Source: Rhizophagus irregularis (lineage: Eukaryota). From it: 64,000 nt of DNA. Made by a program: the position numbers and the translations under genes. The notes beneath the pieces are model-generated. The model ran no database searches, had not been told where the DNA came from, and saw only the letters and a list, made by a program, of their open reading frames with translations. This document shows positions 53,521-63,229 of the stretch, piece after piece. Positions within the stretch are counted from its first letter, which is position 1. Each line of letters begins with the position of its first letter. Location: NCBI RefSeq assembly GCF_026210795.1, contig NC_089429.1, positions 2,976,001 to 3,040,000 of the forward strand, given 5' to 3'.

Positions 53521-53907
53521 TTAAATTTCCAATACCAATTGCTTAATTTCATTTTGTTTTAAAGATCTTATCAAATTAACAGTAGTATTAACGGTACGAT
53601 AAATCTGAGTAGGACTTGTTTCAAAAATATAATAAACACGAACAGAAATCCAATAATAATGTTCTGAAACCATTTGTCTAACTTGCTTCTTAGTTAATTC
53701 TTTTTGTTCAATAAGCTGTCCTAAAAAATATGCGAAAACCAGAGCTGGAATTCTTTGTTTTAGTCGTTGAGCTCGTAATAAACATCGGTATGTCACATGA
53801 ATTTTTGTTTTATCATCCATTTCGTTTGAATAAGGTTCGTCTTGTAATTCATGAGAACTATTTCCTTCAATTAATAGGTCTTGTAACACAATTTCGTAAG
53901 GCGTCAT
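53521..53907 (-). CDS. Extra sense ORF (128 aa, helical, unknown function) between integrase and PPT
   Basis: Intact ATG-TAA ORF with a TTCTTATTTAA box about 40 nt upstream. Confidence 0.7.
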   Translation of the reverse strand: MTPYEIVLQDLLIEGNSSHELQDEPYSNEMDDKTKIHVTYRCLLRAQRLKQRIPALVFAYFLGQLIEQKELTKKQVRQMVSEHYYWISVRVYYIFETSPTQIYRTVNTTVNLIRSLKQNEIKQLVLEI

Positions 53908-54348
53908 GATGAGAAAAAGTGAATCATAACAAAATAAAACGCGTCTTTAAATAAGAATTTCATTGTCGCACTTAATTAATTAATATTATTAATGATCAAC
54001 TACTAATTTTGGTAGATCGCGACATTATTGTTTCACTAATTTAGTTTGATTGATTTTACCCTTTAAATTAGTTAATCGCGTATTACTATTTTGAAACATT
54101 TCTCCTTGTTCTAAAAATAGCTTTTTCTTCTCCTTAATTATTTCCACGTGTAATAATTATCAGCTGTTATTGAATTTTTTCACGTCATTTTTTGTTATTT
54201 CGTCTAGAGCACATTTTCTCGCGTCGTGTCTTTTTCTTATTTAAGAACCTAATTTTTCCCTTTCCCTTGTCTTCACTTCTCCGCAAAATCTTTTTGCATA
54301 TATCACCTTTATTAAAACTTACATATTTTTCCTAACATCCTTATTAAA

Positions 54349-55206
54349 ATGGGCTGCCGTCGATCAAAAACATCCCAAAAAAAATCACAAGCTCGCTTTA
54401 AAAACCTAAAGGCTGCTCGTAAATCACAACTTCGTCAACTTGAAGGTGAGTATTGCACGCAAGGTTCTTAAAATGTTTCTTAAACGGGGATAGCCTGCAG
54501 ACGGGGTTTCGACCTTTATCCGGTTCTTGAACAGTTGATTTATCTGGCTCTTTTCGACTTGCAGACGGGGTATTTTTACCTCCAGGATATCTAGTCTTGA
54601 ATGGACTCCCCCTGTAGAACTTTTTTTGGACTATCGATTTATTCACTTAGTCTTTGACTAACTTGGTATTTCTACTTTTTCCATTTAATAACACAAGATC
54701 AAGTTCAAACGTTTCAATCTGAAAATGATTCCTTACAAGCTAAAAATAATTCCTTACAAAAAGAAGTTGCAATTTTGACGGAATTTGGGGTTTTACAGTC
54801 CGTACAAATCCATCAACAAGAAGAAGAAGCGCAATCTAATAATGAACTGTGGGCTATCGCCCAAAAAGAATGTTGGGAGGCCCAAAAAAAGGTCATTCAA
54901 CAAGATGAAGAAATTGTCGGTTTAAAGGGCGAAGTAAAACAACTGAAAAGGGAGAACAAAAGCGCTATGTATAGTACAAAATATTTTGAAAATAAATATT
55001 ATCACGCGATGAGTGTTATACAAAAATATGGTATGATTGTTGTTGACGATAATATGCCCAAATCTCCTTCACCTATACTTTCATCTTCATCTTCATCTTT
55101 TTCCTCTTCTTCTTACGATCAAATATTTGTTGCTGATGGTCCTGATTATATTAATGATAATAATAATAATAATAACGTTGATAATAATATTAATAATGAA
55201 CAATAA
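54349..55206 (+). CDS. Antisense spliced gene, 201 aa, basic region plus leucine zipper (bZIP-like) and a second coiled coil
   Basis: Exons 54349-54445 and 54698-55206; donor GTGAGT, branch GACTAAC, polypyrimidine tract and AAG acceptor; splicing keeps frame: MGCRRSKTSQKKSQARFKNLKAARKSQLRQLE|DQVQTFQSENDSLQAKNNSLQKEVAIL. Confidence 0.7.
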
Positions 55207-55243
55207 TAATTTCCTTATTTTTAATAAAACTTTTGCACTATTC

Positions 55244-56506
55244 TCAAACTATAACTATTGGTTCCAATTTTCGCTCGTGATATTTCTTAAGCCGATTTCC
55301 ATGAATTACATGTTTAACTAATTTCCCATCTAAATTTCTAAGTTTATAAACATTATCATTAAGCACTTCATGAATAAAATAAGGTCCTATCCACTTATTT
55401 TCTAATTTTGCTGAGAAATTATTTTTAAGCCACGTTCGTTCTACTAAGACTTGATCTCCTATTTTCAATTTTTCTGAAATTCCTTGTTGATCATATACTT
55501 GTTTTTGCTTCGCTTGTTCTTTTTCAATTCTTAACGAAACATCATTTCGTTCTTCTTCTAATTCAACTATTAATTGATAAATTCGTCTTTGCATTGGGTC
55601 TTTTTCATTTTGAGGTATTTGTGATGGAATTTTTAAATCAATTGGTAAGGTTGCTTCTCGTCCATAAGTTAAATAGAATGGTGTTTTTCCTGTAGTATTA
55701 TGTTTTTTCGTTCGATATGCCAACAGTACTGCATCGATTAATTGATCCCATTCCTTATTATTATCTTGAACTAATTTTGCAATACATTCACCAATTGTTC
55801 GATTAAATCTTTCAACCATTCCATTTGTTTGAGGTCTATAAGCTGAGGTAAGACGATGTTTAGTTTGATAATTTTCACATAATTCATCAATTAATTTATT
55901 CATAAATGATGTTCCTCTATCAGATAGAATTTCTTGTGGAACTCCATGTCTACAAATAATTTCTTCATAAATAAATTTTGCTACTGTTTCTGCTTTAATA
56001 TTGGATATCGCTCTTGCTTCTGGCCATTTTGTAAAATAATCCATGGCAACAATAATATATCTATTTCCACTACTGGTGATCGGTAATGGTCCTTTAATGT
56101 CAATTCCTATCCTGTGAAATGGTCCCTTAACTGGTATTGGTATCAGTTCTTCTCGCCGATTGGTAGGTCCTCTTCTTTGACAAATATCGCAAGTTTTTAT
56201 ATATTCTTTTACATCTTCTCCTAATTGTGGCCAATAATATCGATCTTTGATTTTTCCAATTATAGCGTCTATTCCTAAATGAGCACCGCTCATATCTGTA
56301 TGAAAGTGATATAAAATAGGTTCTATTTGTTCACGTAGAATTACTTTTCTTATACCATCCTTTGTTTTCCTATATAAAATATTGTTTTGATAAATATATT
56401 GGGTTGAGTTTTTCCGAATTTGGGTTTTCCGTTTATCAGTTATACCATCCATAAAAGTGAGAGTTGTTAAAAATAAAATTAATTCTTTATATAGTTGTTC
56501 ATCCAT
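55244..56506 (-). CDS. int: Integrase (HHCC, DDE, GPY/F motif; no chromodomain) in its own reading frame
   Basis: FH..GAHLG..CDICQR; IGIDIKGPLP; LSDRG; NGMVERFN; KWIGPY; ATG at 56506 overlaps the pol stop. Confidence 0.92.
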   Translation of the reverse strand: MDEQLYKELILFLTTLTFMDGITDKRKTQIRKNSTQYIYQNNILYRKTKDGIRKVILREQIEPILYHFHTDMSGAHLGIDAIIGKIKDRYYWPQLGEDVKEYIKTCDICQRRGPTNRREELIPIPVKGPFHRIGIDIKGPLPITSSGNRYIIVAMDYFTKWPEARAISNIKAETVAKFIYEEIICRHGVPQEILSDRGTSFMNKLIDELCENYQTKHRLTSAYRPQTNGMVERFNRTIGECIAKLVQDNNKEWDQLIDAVLLAYRTKKHNTTGKTPFYLTYGREATLPIDLKIPSQIPQNEKDPMQRRIYQLIVELEEERNDVSLRIEKEQAKQKQVYDQQGISEKLKIGDQVLVERTWLKNNFSAKLENKWIGPYFIHEVLNDNVYKLRNLDGKLVKHVIHGNRLKKYHERKLEPIVIV

Positions 56507-59270
56507 AATCGTTATGTGAGGTTGAAGGATTGGTGTGATTATTGGTTGAGGTTGAGTCAAGACGAGAGAATGCATCAGCATTCGCATGTTTAGTTCCTTT
56601 CCGATATACAATGTCATATTTATATTCTGATAAGGCGATCTTCCATCTTTCCAATCTTTTATTATTATTTTCTGTTGTTGAGTTTAACAACCACTTGAGC
56701 GCTGCATGGTCAGTGATGATGGTGAATTTACTTCCATAAAGATAATGTCGAAAATATTTAACTGCCCATACAATCGCAAGGCATTCCAATTCTGTGATGG
56801 CATAATTCTTTTCCGCTGGTATTAAAGTTCGACTAGCATAGGCAATCACATGCTCTTGATCATCAGTTTTCTGTGCAAGTACTGCGCCTAACCCTATAGT
56901 TGAAGCATCGGTATATAAAAAGAAAGGTTTTGAAAAATCTGGGTATTGTACGATTGGTGCTGTTGTTAATTTATCTCTTAAATTCTCAAATGCCTTCTGT
57001 TGTAAATTTGTCCATTCGTAAGGTGCATCCTTTTTTAATAACTTGTACATTGGATCAGCAACTTTAGCAAAATCTTTGATGAAGCGTCGATAATAAGAGA
57101 ATAATCCTAGGACTCCGCGTAATTCTCTAATATTTTGAGGTTCTGGATAATTAACCATTTTATTAACTTTTTCTGGATCAGGTTTAACACCTTCTTTTCC
57201 TACAACATGTCCTAAAAATTGAAGTTCAGCTGCTGCGAAATAACATTTCTCTGCTTTTAATCTTAGATTCGCCTTACGAATTCTATTTAGAACTTCTTCC
57301 AAATGTTGAATATGATCTTTAAAAGTTTTTGAATATATAATAACATCATCAAGATAAACTAAAACAAACTTCTCCTTTATCCCATGTAAAACTTTATCCA
57401 TAGTTCGCTGAAACGTCGCAGGTGCGTTGCAAAGTCCAAAAGGCATAACCTTGAATTCGTATGTTCCAAATTTTGTGATAAAGGCTGTTTTTTCCTGGTC
57501 TTCCGCCCTTACTTTTATTTGCCAATACCCTGATGCTAAATCTAAAGTGGTGAACCATTGTGCATCTTGTAAAGAATCTAATAATTCATCAATTCTTGGA
57601 AGCGGGTAATTGTCCTTTTTTGTAATATCGTTAAGAGGTTTATAATTAACGCAAAACCTAAGTTTTCCATTCTTCTTTTTCACTACTACTACTGGAAATG
57701 ACCAGGGACTAGTTGAAGGTTTTATTAGCCCTTGTTCTAACATGTCATTAATTTCACTCTCAATAAATTCATTTTCCTTTGGTGCTGTCCTATAAGCTCG
57801 CTTTTTAATAGGTGGCACTTCTTCAGTGATAATAATATGTTCCCCTTCTGGAGTTTGTTTTAACTCTTGCAATGATTTAGCGAATAAGTCTTTATTTTTA
57901 TCCAATAATTGATAAAGTGATTGATATTGATTTTCCTCTAATTCTCCAATCGGAACAACTTTTTCTGGTTCTAATTGAATATTAAATATATTCGAACTTT
58001 CTGATTCTTGCATCACGTGATAAATGTTCCAATCTTCTTGAACTATTTGACAATTATCACAAACTTCTTGTTCTCCTAAGGTTTTACATAGGCATTTTCC
58101 TGGCCCTTTACTATTAATTATACCAGTACTATTGTGACTTTGTTGCTTAATATATTCTAAATATCCTGGGTGATATTCTCGATCATTGATTTGAAAAGTA
58201 CTTTTGGTTATTTCTGCCCTATAAAATGGAACTGCTATGGTGTCTTCTAACTCATCTTCTAATTCTAGTTCATCTACTGGGTCAATGACTGTATATTTTG
58301 TTGGGTCCAATTTTTGAGAACATGTGACAGGAATTTGTTGTTGGATTCCTTCATATTTAATGGTGATGGTATTCTGTCCATAATCAATGTTTGCATTAAC
58401 CTTTTTCAACCACTCATTACCAAGCAGAACATTATATTCAGCTGAGTTTGTAACTATCATATTAATATAGACTTTAATATCCCTCATTTGTACTGGAACT
58501 TGTTGAACCATTCCCAGTGGTGATGACTTTTGTCCCGTTACATCGATGATTTTAATATTCGTAGGTAATTCAATTCCTTTATTGACTTTATCTAGGAATT
58601 TTTTAGAAATAATACAACCTACAGCCCCTGAATCTATTAAGACATTAACAGGTTGTCCATATACAATCGCTTCTCCATACAAAGCTTCTTCGGCTCTTTC
58701 TTTTTGATTAAGATATGCTGGTTCTTCTCTAATCAATTGGTTAAGAATATCAGTATAATAATTAACTAGTGTTGGGGTTAATTCATTATGTTTTGCCATA
58801 AATTGGAATTGTTCAAAAGAAGTAATTGTCCAAGCTCCTTGTTTTTCAGGTTCAGTTCGCTGTAACTCTTGGTAATCAGGTACTTTTGTTAAATAAACAT
58901 CACAATTAAAAGCTGGGTTGTTAAATAAAAATACACATTCATCTTTTTTAATATCTAGTGCTGTTTCTTCTTTTGTTTCTCTAAGTACAGCTTGAAGAGA
59001 AGATTCACGATTTTCTACTTTTCCTCCTGCTACTTGCCATAAATTATACATTGTTTTATTTTTCTGTAGCCGTTTCGATAAATAAATTCCAAAGTTATTA
59101 TATAAAATGTTGAGAACATATGTAGGTCTTTTTAATAGTTGAATTGGCTTTTTAATAGGTCTGATTTCTTCTAATGGGTCCTTCCAATTCACTCTTTTAG
59201 TACTAATTTCGTTAGAGGGTTTTCTAAAATTCGCACTCTCCCCCTCCCGAGGTGCGTTCAGTAGTTTAAA
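56499..59270 (-). CDS. pol: Pol: Nudix hydrolase - aspartic protease - RT - RNase H, entered by -1 frameshift from gag
   Basis: GGKVENRESSLQAVLRETKEETAL; LIDSGA; YPLPRID, MPFGLCNAP, YLDD; TDAS, ELECLA, TDH, NADAFSR; frame open from 59270. Confidence 0.95.
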   Translation of the reverse strand, partial: FKLLNAPREGESANFRKPSNEISTKRVNWKDPLEEIRPIKKPIQLLKRPTYVLNILYNNFGIYLSKRLQKNKTMYNLWQVAGGKVENRESSLQAVLRETKEETALDIKKDECVFLFNNPAFNCDVYLTKVPDYQELQRTEPEKQGAWTITSFEQFQFMAKHNELTPTLVNYYTDILNQLIREEPAYLNQKERAEEALYGEAIVYGQPVNVLIDSGAVGCIISKKFLDKVNKGIELPTNIKIIDVTGQKSSPLGMVQQVPVQMRDIKVYINMIVTNSAEYNVLLGNEWLKKVNANIDYGQNTITIKYEGIQQQIPVTCSQKLDPTKYTVIDPVDELELEDELEDTIAVPFYRAEITKSTFQINDREYHPGYLEYIKQQSHNSTGIINSKGPGKCLCKTLGEQEVCDNCQIVQEDWNIYHVMQESESSNIFNIQLEPEKVVPIGELEENQYQSLYQLLDKNKDLFAKSLQELKQTPEGEHIIITEEVPPIKKRAYRTAPKENEFIESEINDMLEQGLIKPSTSPWSFPVVVVKKKNGKLRFCVNYKPLNDITKKDNYPLPRIDELLDSLQDAQWFTTLDLASGYWQIKVRAEDQEKTAFITKFGTYEFKVMPFGLCNAPATFQRTMDKVLHGIKEKFVLVYLDDVIIYSKTFKDHIQHLEEVLNRIRKANLRLKAEKCYFAAAELQFLGHVVGKEGVKPDPEKVNKMVNYPEPQNIRELRGVLGLFSYYRRFIKDFAKVADPMYKLLKKDAPYEWTNLQQKAFENLRDKLTTAPIVQYPDFSKPFFLYTDASTIGLGAVLAQKTDDQEHVIAYASRTLIPAEKNYAITELECLAIVWAVKYFRHYLYGSKFTIITDHAALKWLLNSTTENNNKRLERWKIALSEYKYDIVYRKGTKHANADAFSRLDSTSTNNHTNPSTSHNDYG
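59215..59270 (-). promoter_or_regulatory. -1 ribosomal frameshift signal (U UUA AAC slippery site plus stem/pseudoknot)
   Basis: TTTAAAC at 59270-59264 in the correct gag phase; CGCAC-CTC/GAG-A-GTGCG stem; loop GAGGG is complementary to downstream CCCTC. Confidence 0.85.
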
Positions 59271-61294
59271 CGACCATTATTTTGGAAACCATTATTGGTT
59301 CCATTATTACTATTATTATCATTTGATGGTGGTGACCTGCAATTCCTAGATACATGTCCTTTTCTTCCACAATTATAACAATCAACATTCCTTAAATCTC
59401 TTCCATTATTGTTGCGATTATTATTATTTTGTTGATTATTTCTTTGACGACAGTTTTTCGCGATATGGCCAGTTCTTCCACAGACATAGCATCCTGAATT
59501 ATTCCTATTTTGATTATTATTATTGTTATTATTTGGAGTAGGATTGGTTGGTTTAGTTTCTGTGCGCATTTGACTTAATGCTGCAGTAATTCCTTCGCTG
59601 ATTTTCCGTTCAACCATCTTTTCTACACTTTCTGGTTGGGAATAACTCATCGAATAGGCAGGTTGATACATGGCTAAGTTGGTTCGAGCAGGGATCATTC
59701 CTCCATTCATATTTTGCAAATAACCTGGCATCATCGAATAAACTGATAGATCCATTCCCATTGAAAAAGCAGTTTCTAATGCTTATGCTTTTTCCATTGC
59801 TTCTTCTACTGTTTGAGGCATAGCAGATTGTACAGGTACAATGAATTCAGGTCTTAAACCTTCAATAAATTCATGGATTTTATCTAATTCCATTCGTCTA
59901 TCTGTGGGATCCACTCTTTTCCATAATTCTGTGATTGCTGCGATATATTCTTCAATTGTTTCTCCTTGTTTTTGTTTCCTATTTCGCAGTTGATGTTTCC
60001 ATTGACTAATCCTGAAGGGATTACAGAAATGATCCTTAAATAAATGCGTAAATGATCGTTGAGGACTATTATCATTCTCCCAAAAAATAATATTTTGACG
60101 ATTGTACCAAGTTAATGCTGTCCCTTTAAGATAGGATGCTACTAAAACAATCGCTCGTTCTTCACTGACTCTATTAGCTACACAAGCTCTACTAAAAGCT
60201 TCAATCCATTCAACAGGATCCTGATTTCCTCCTTTGAAAACTGGAAAGTCGACTAGTCTAGATTCTCTAGGCTCAACTCCTTTTGCGTAAAATTTTTGTG
60301 CCTGTTGAAAAAACTGGAACATGATCTTATTTTGTTCAGCTTCATTAATAGGAGTTTGTTCTTCTGGTTCCTCATCATCTTGTAAATTATTACTAGAAAA
60401 ATCAAGAAGGTCATTCTGTCGAGAAGTTTTCAAGGTTGATGTTCTAATACTAGGAGAACCAAATGAACCCTGAAACGGTTTTACAGTTACAAATGATTTA
60501 AGATTTGATGATGATCCAGTACCAGGATACGGTTTATAAGTTGAATACGGTTCTGTACTCCATTTATTTGAACTACTGCTGGTTTTAGCCTTTTGCTTCT
60601 CTTTCATTTCTTTTTTTGGATCATAAATGTGATCATTTGAAGTATCGTTTATACCTATTTGACTGAAGCTACTATCTTCACCATTTTTGAGTACTGTATC
60701 ATGTGATATTATACTTTCTGCTTCTTCGTTTTCACCTTCTTCATTTCGTTGGTCTTGCCATGCTTTGTCTTGTATACTTGTTGTAGGCTCAGTTCCTCCA
60801 AATTGTTGTTCACTACCTGAACTTTCATTATTTTTATCTGTCTTATTTTGATTCACTTTCCCTGACATCTTACTTGTATTACTGGCTGTATCTGATGATT
60901 GTTCTGAATAATATGCTTCCCAATTATTGAATCGGTCTGTTACTTCCCAATAAAATTGTATCGTTTCTACTAATGTATCAAATGCCGGTATTACTATGTA
61001 CCTAATAGTTTGTACTAACTCCTGAATTAGTTTGTAAGCTTCTTGGATATCTCGCTGTCGCTGTAATTTCCTAAAGATTCGTATAGTATTTTGTGTAAAA
61101 ACACTATCTGGATACCTGGGTGAAATAACGAATTGCCAAAATTCTCTAAATCTGGGATTCTCTAATAATCCTAAATTCTGATCTTCTGGATAGCAATCTG
61201 CACACGATAAATCTTCAATTAAATCTTGTTTTCCCTGGTTATGATCTTCTATATGCTGAAAAATCTGTTGTAAATACTGAAATTCCTTATTCAT
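59258..61294 (-). CDS. gag: Gag (retrotransposon capsid domain plus two CCHC knuckles) with one in-frame TAA at 59783-59785
   Basis: FKGGNQDPVEWI..YLKGTALTWY..QKQGETIEEY..FIEGLRP; CYVCGRTGHIAKNC; CYNCGRKGHVSRNC; the two ORFs share a frame. Confidence 0.92.
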
Positions 61295-61319
61295 TCACAA
61301 TTACTATTTTTCTTTAGTT

Positions 61320-61337
61320 TCCACCCAACTCGCACCA
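61320..61337 (-). promoter_or_regulatory. Primer-binding site, probably tRNA-Phe
   Basis: TGGTGCGAGTTGGGTGGA 3 nt inside the 5' LTR; its complement CCACCCAACTCGCACCA resembles the yeast tRNA-Phe 3' end CCACAGAAUUCGCACCA. Confidence 0.75.
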
Positions 61338-61340
61338 AAT

Positions 61341-61972
61341 TGTTATCCTGTCAACGATTAAAGCCGACTGAAAAACTTTAACGCTTTAACAGGTTAACTG
61401 GAGTTTAACTTAATAAGAGAGTCTTAAGTTGATCACAAATAATCACGTGAAATAACGTTGAATGTTCAGTTAAAGAAAATAGGTTTTTATTAAAATAATA
61501 TAAGATTTTGAATACGACAAAAATATAGATAATCTCTTGGTTGCGAAATTAACTATCTTGAATTATACTACTGGGAATAATACTCTTTTCGTATAACTCG
61601 AAAACTACAATACAATTCTTAACTAACTAACTGACCTCACTAACTGACCTCCTCCTACTTGGTAAAATCCTATCACTATTTATAATAAAATAAAAATCAA
61701 GAATATTTGATAAAATAAATAAATCAAATATAATAAATAAATAAAATAAATAAAATAAAATAAATAAATAAGATAAAATAAATATATCAAATAAATAAAA
61801 TATAACAAATAAAATAAATAAAATTAATAAAATAAATAAATCAAATATATCAAATTTATCAGATTTATCAAATAAATCAAGAAAATCAAGAAAATCGAAA
61901 AAATCAAGAGATCTACGAAATGATCTACAAAATTGATCTACAAAATTACTGCGTCACATTTCTATTTTAACA
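61341..61972 (-). repeat. 5' LTR
   Basis: 632-bp match to 52853-53484. Confidence 0.97.
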
Positions 61973-62788
61973 GTATGTAGCTGGTGTTTGATTAATATAA
62001 GTAACAATTTGTTCAGAATGAAATCCAGGACATGGTTTATTTGAAAATGATGGCGGTGGTGGCGGTAATGAATATTCTAAGTATTCTCTTACTTTTTTAG
62101 GATTAGGTAAGACAAAAAACAAACCAGGTAAACCAAGTTGTCATTTTTGATTATTTATTTTACATCTTAAGTTTCTAGAATGTTTGTTAAGCCTTTTTAC
62201 ATCATAGTCATTATCAAGAATAACCTTTTGTCCACATTTGCAAAATACTTCACATTTATTAATAATAGCTGCACAAAATTTATTATCACTTAAGCGAGTT
62301 CAAGTATGCTTCCACTTCAACATTATAAAAGTAAAGTTTTAAAAGTTTTTGTAAAAAAAACACGTATTTAGTTTTAAAATATATACTTTTGATCATGAGA
62401 AAGGGTGAAAAAAAATATTAAAACAGGATAAATTTGCTAAAACGAATAATATGACTATGAGAAAATCCATTTAATTCGCCAAAACATATAATATGACTAT
62501 GAGAAAATTCATATAATTCGCCAAAACTAAAAATTATGACTACCCCTTAAATTTCATGAATTCACCAAAACTTAAATTTGGACATTAAATTAAATTTGAG
62601 TTAATTTGCTAAAACTTAAATGTGACCTGTATATGTATTTTCTGGGGTCCTACCAGTGGTGATCGTCATTATATGTAAAATATCTTTTGAATTTCAAAAA
62701 TTTTTGACTGAGATATTATTCTAATTATAATATAAAATATCATTACTATACGTAAATTTATGGGTAGAACAAGTTTGCCTTAGATTAT

Positions 62789-63229
62789 CACAGGTCGAAA
62801 AGTGAAAAATCAGGCACCAATCAGTCACCAATCAGGTAGCTGATTGGTGACTGATTGGCATTTTCGCCAAATACAGTCACCAATCGGGCAGTTTGCTAAC
62901 TTTTGATCCAGTGATCAGAAAAAGTTGAAATATAGCTCATTGGAATCGTCTCAACAGGACGAATCTAATGGTAGTAAAATCGCATTTCTAGGATTAATAC
63001 TTGATGAGAAATTAAGTAAAATATAAAAATAAAAATGTATCATTTATATTTTATTTAATTTTTTATTAACTATTAATCCTAGAGATGCGATTTTACTATC
63101 ATTAGATTCGTCTTGTTGAGACAATTCCAATGAGCTATATTTCATTTTTTTCTGATCACTGGATCAAAAGTTAGCAAACTGCCTGATTGGTACTTGATTG
63201 ATACCTGATTTTTCACTTTTCGACCTGTG
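62789..63229. mobile_element. Palindromic CACAGG MITE, copy 2
   Basis: CACAGGTCGAAAAGTG..CACTTTTCGACCTGTG; TSD TAT at 62786-62788 and 63230-63232; highly similar to copy 1. Confidence 0.9.

Larger units (their letters stand above)
52853..61972 (-). mobile_element. Full-length Ty3/Gypsy LTR retrotransposon, 9120 bp, recent insertion
   Basis: 632-bp TG..CA LTRs; 4-bp TSD GTAT at 52849-52852 and 61973-61976; PBS, PPT and gag-PR-RT-RH-IN order. Confidence 0.98.
51740..62330 (-). pseudogene. Decayed, probably TE-derived gene split by a MITE and the Gypsy element (pieces 51740-52468 and 61977-62330)
   Basis: VFCKCGQKVILDNDY..KPCPGFHS..ATY|KG..REVIEKEMFP..FKYSTEFLNF..NLAGMTIRTIR rejoins across the insertions. 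Confidence 0.55.

Noticed and set aside
54398..54646. 82-aa minus-strand ORF in the Gypsy 3' region
   Set aside because: GTG start, lies mostly within the antisense gene's intron, and has no recognisable motif.
53521..55206. env gene
   Set aside because: ORFs are short, one is antisense, and no signal peptide, furin site or transmembrane anchor is apparent.
62640..62665. ACCAGTG as the missing right TIR of CACTA 2
   Set aside because: Match is limited to a few bases and is not followed by the expected GGA TSD.
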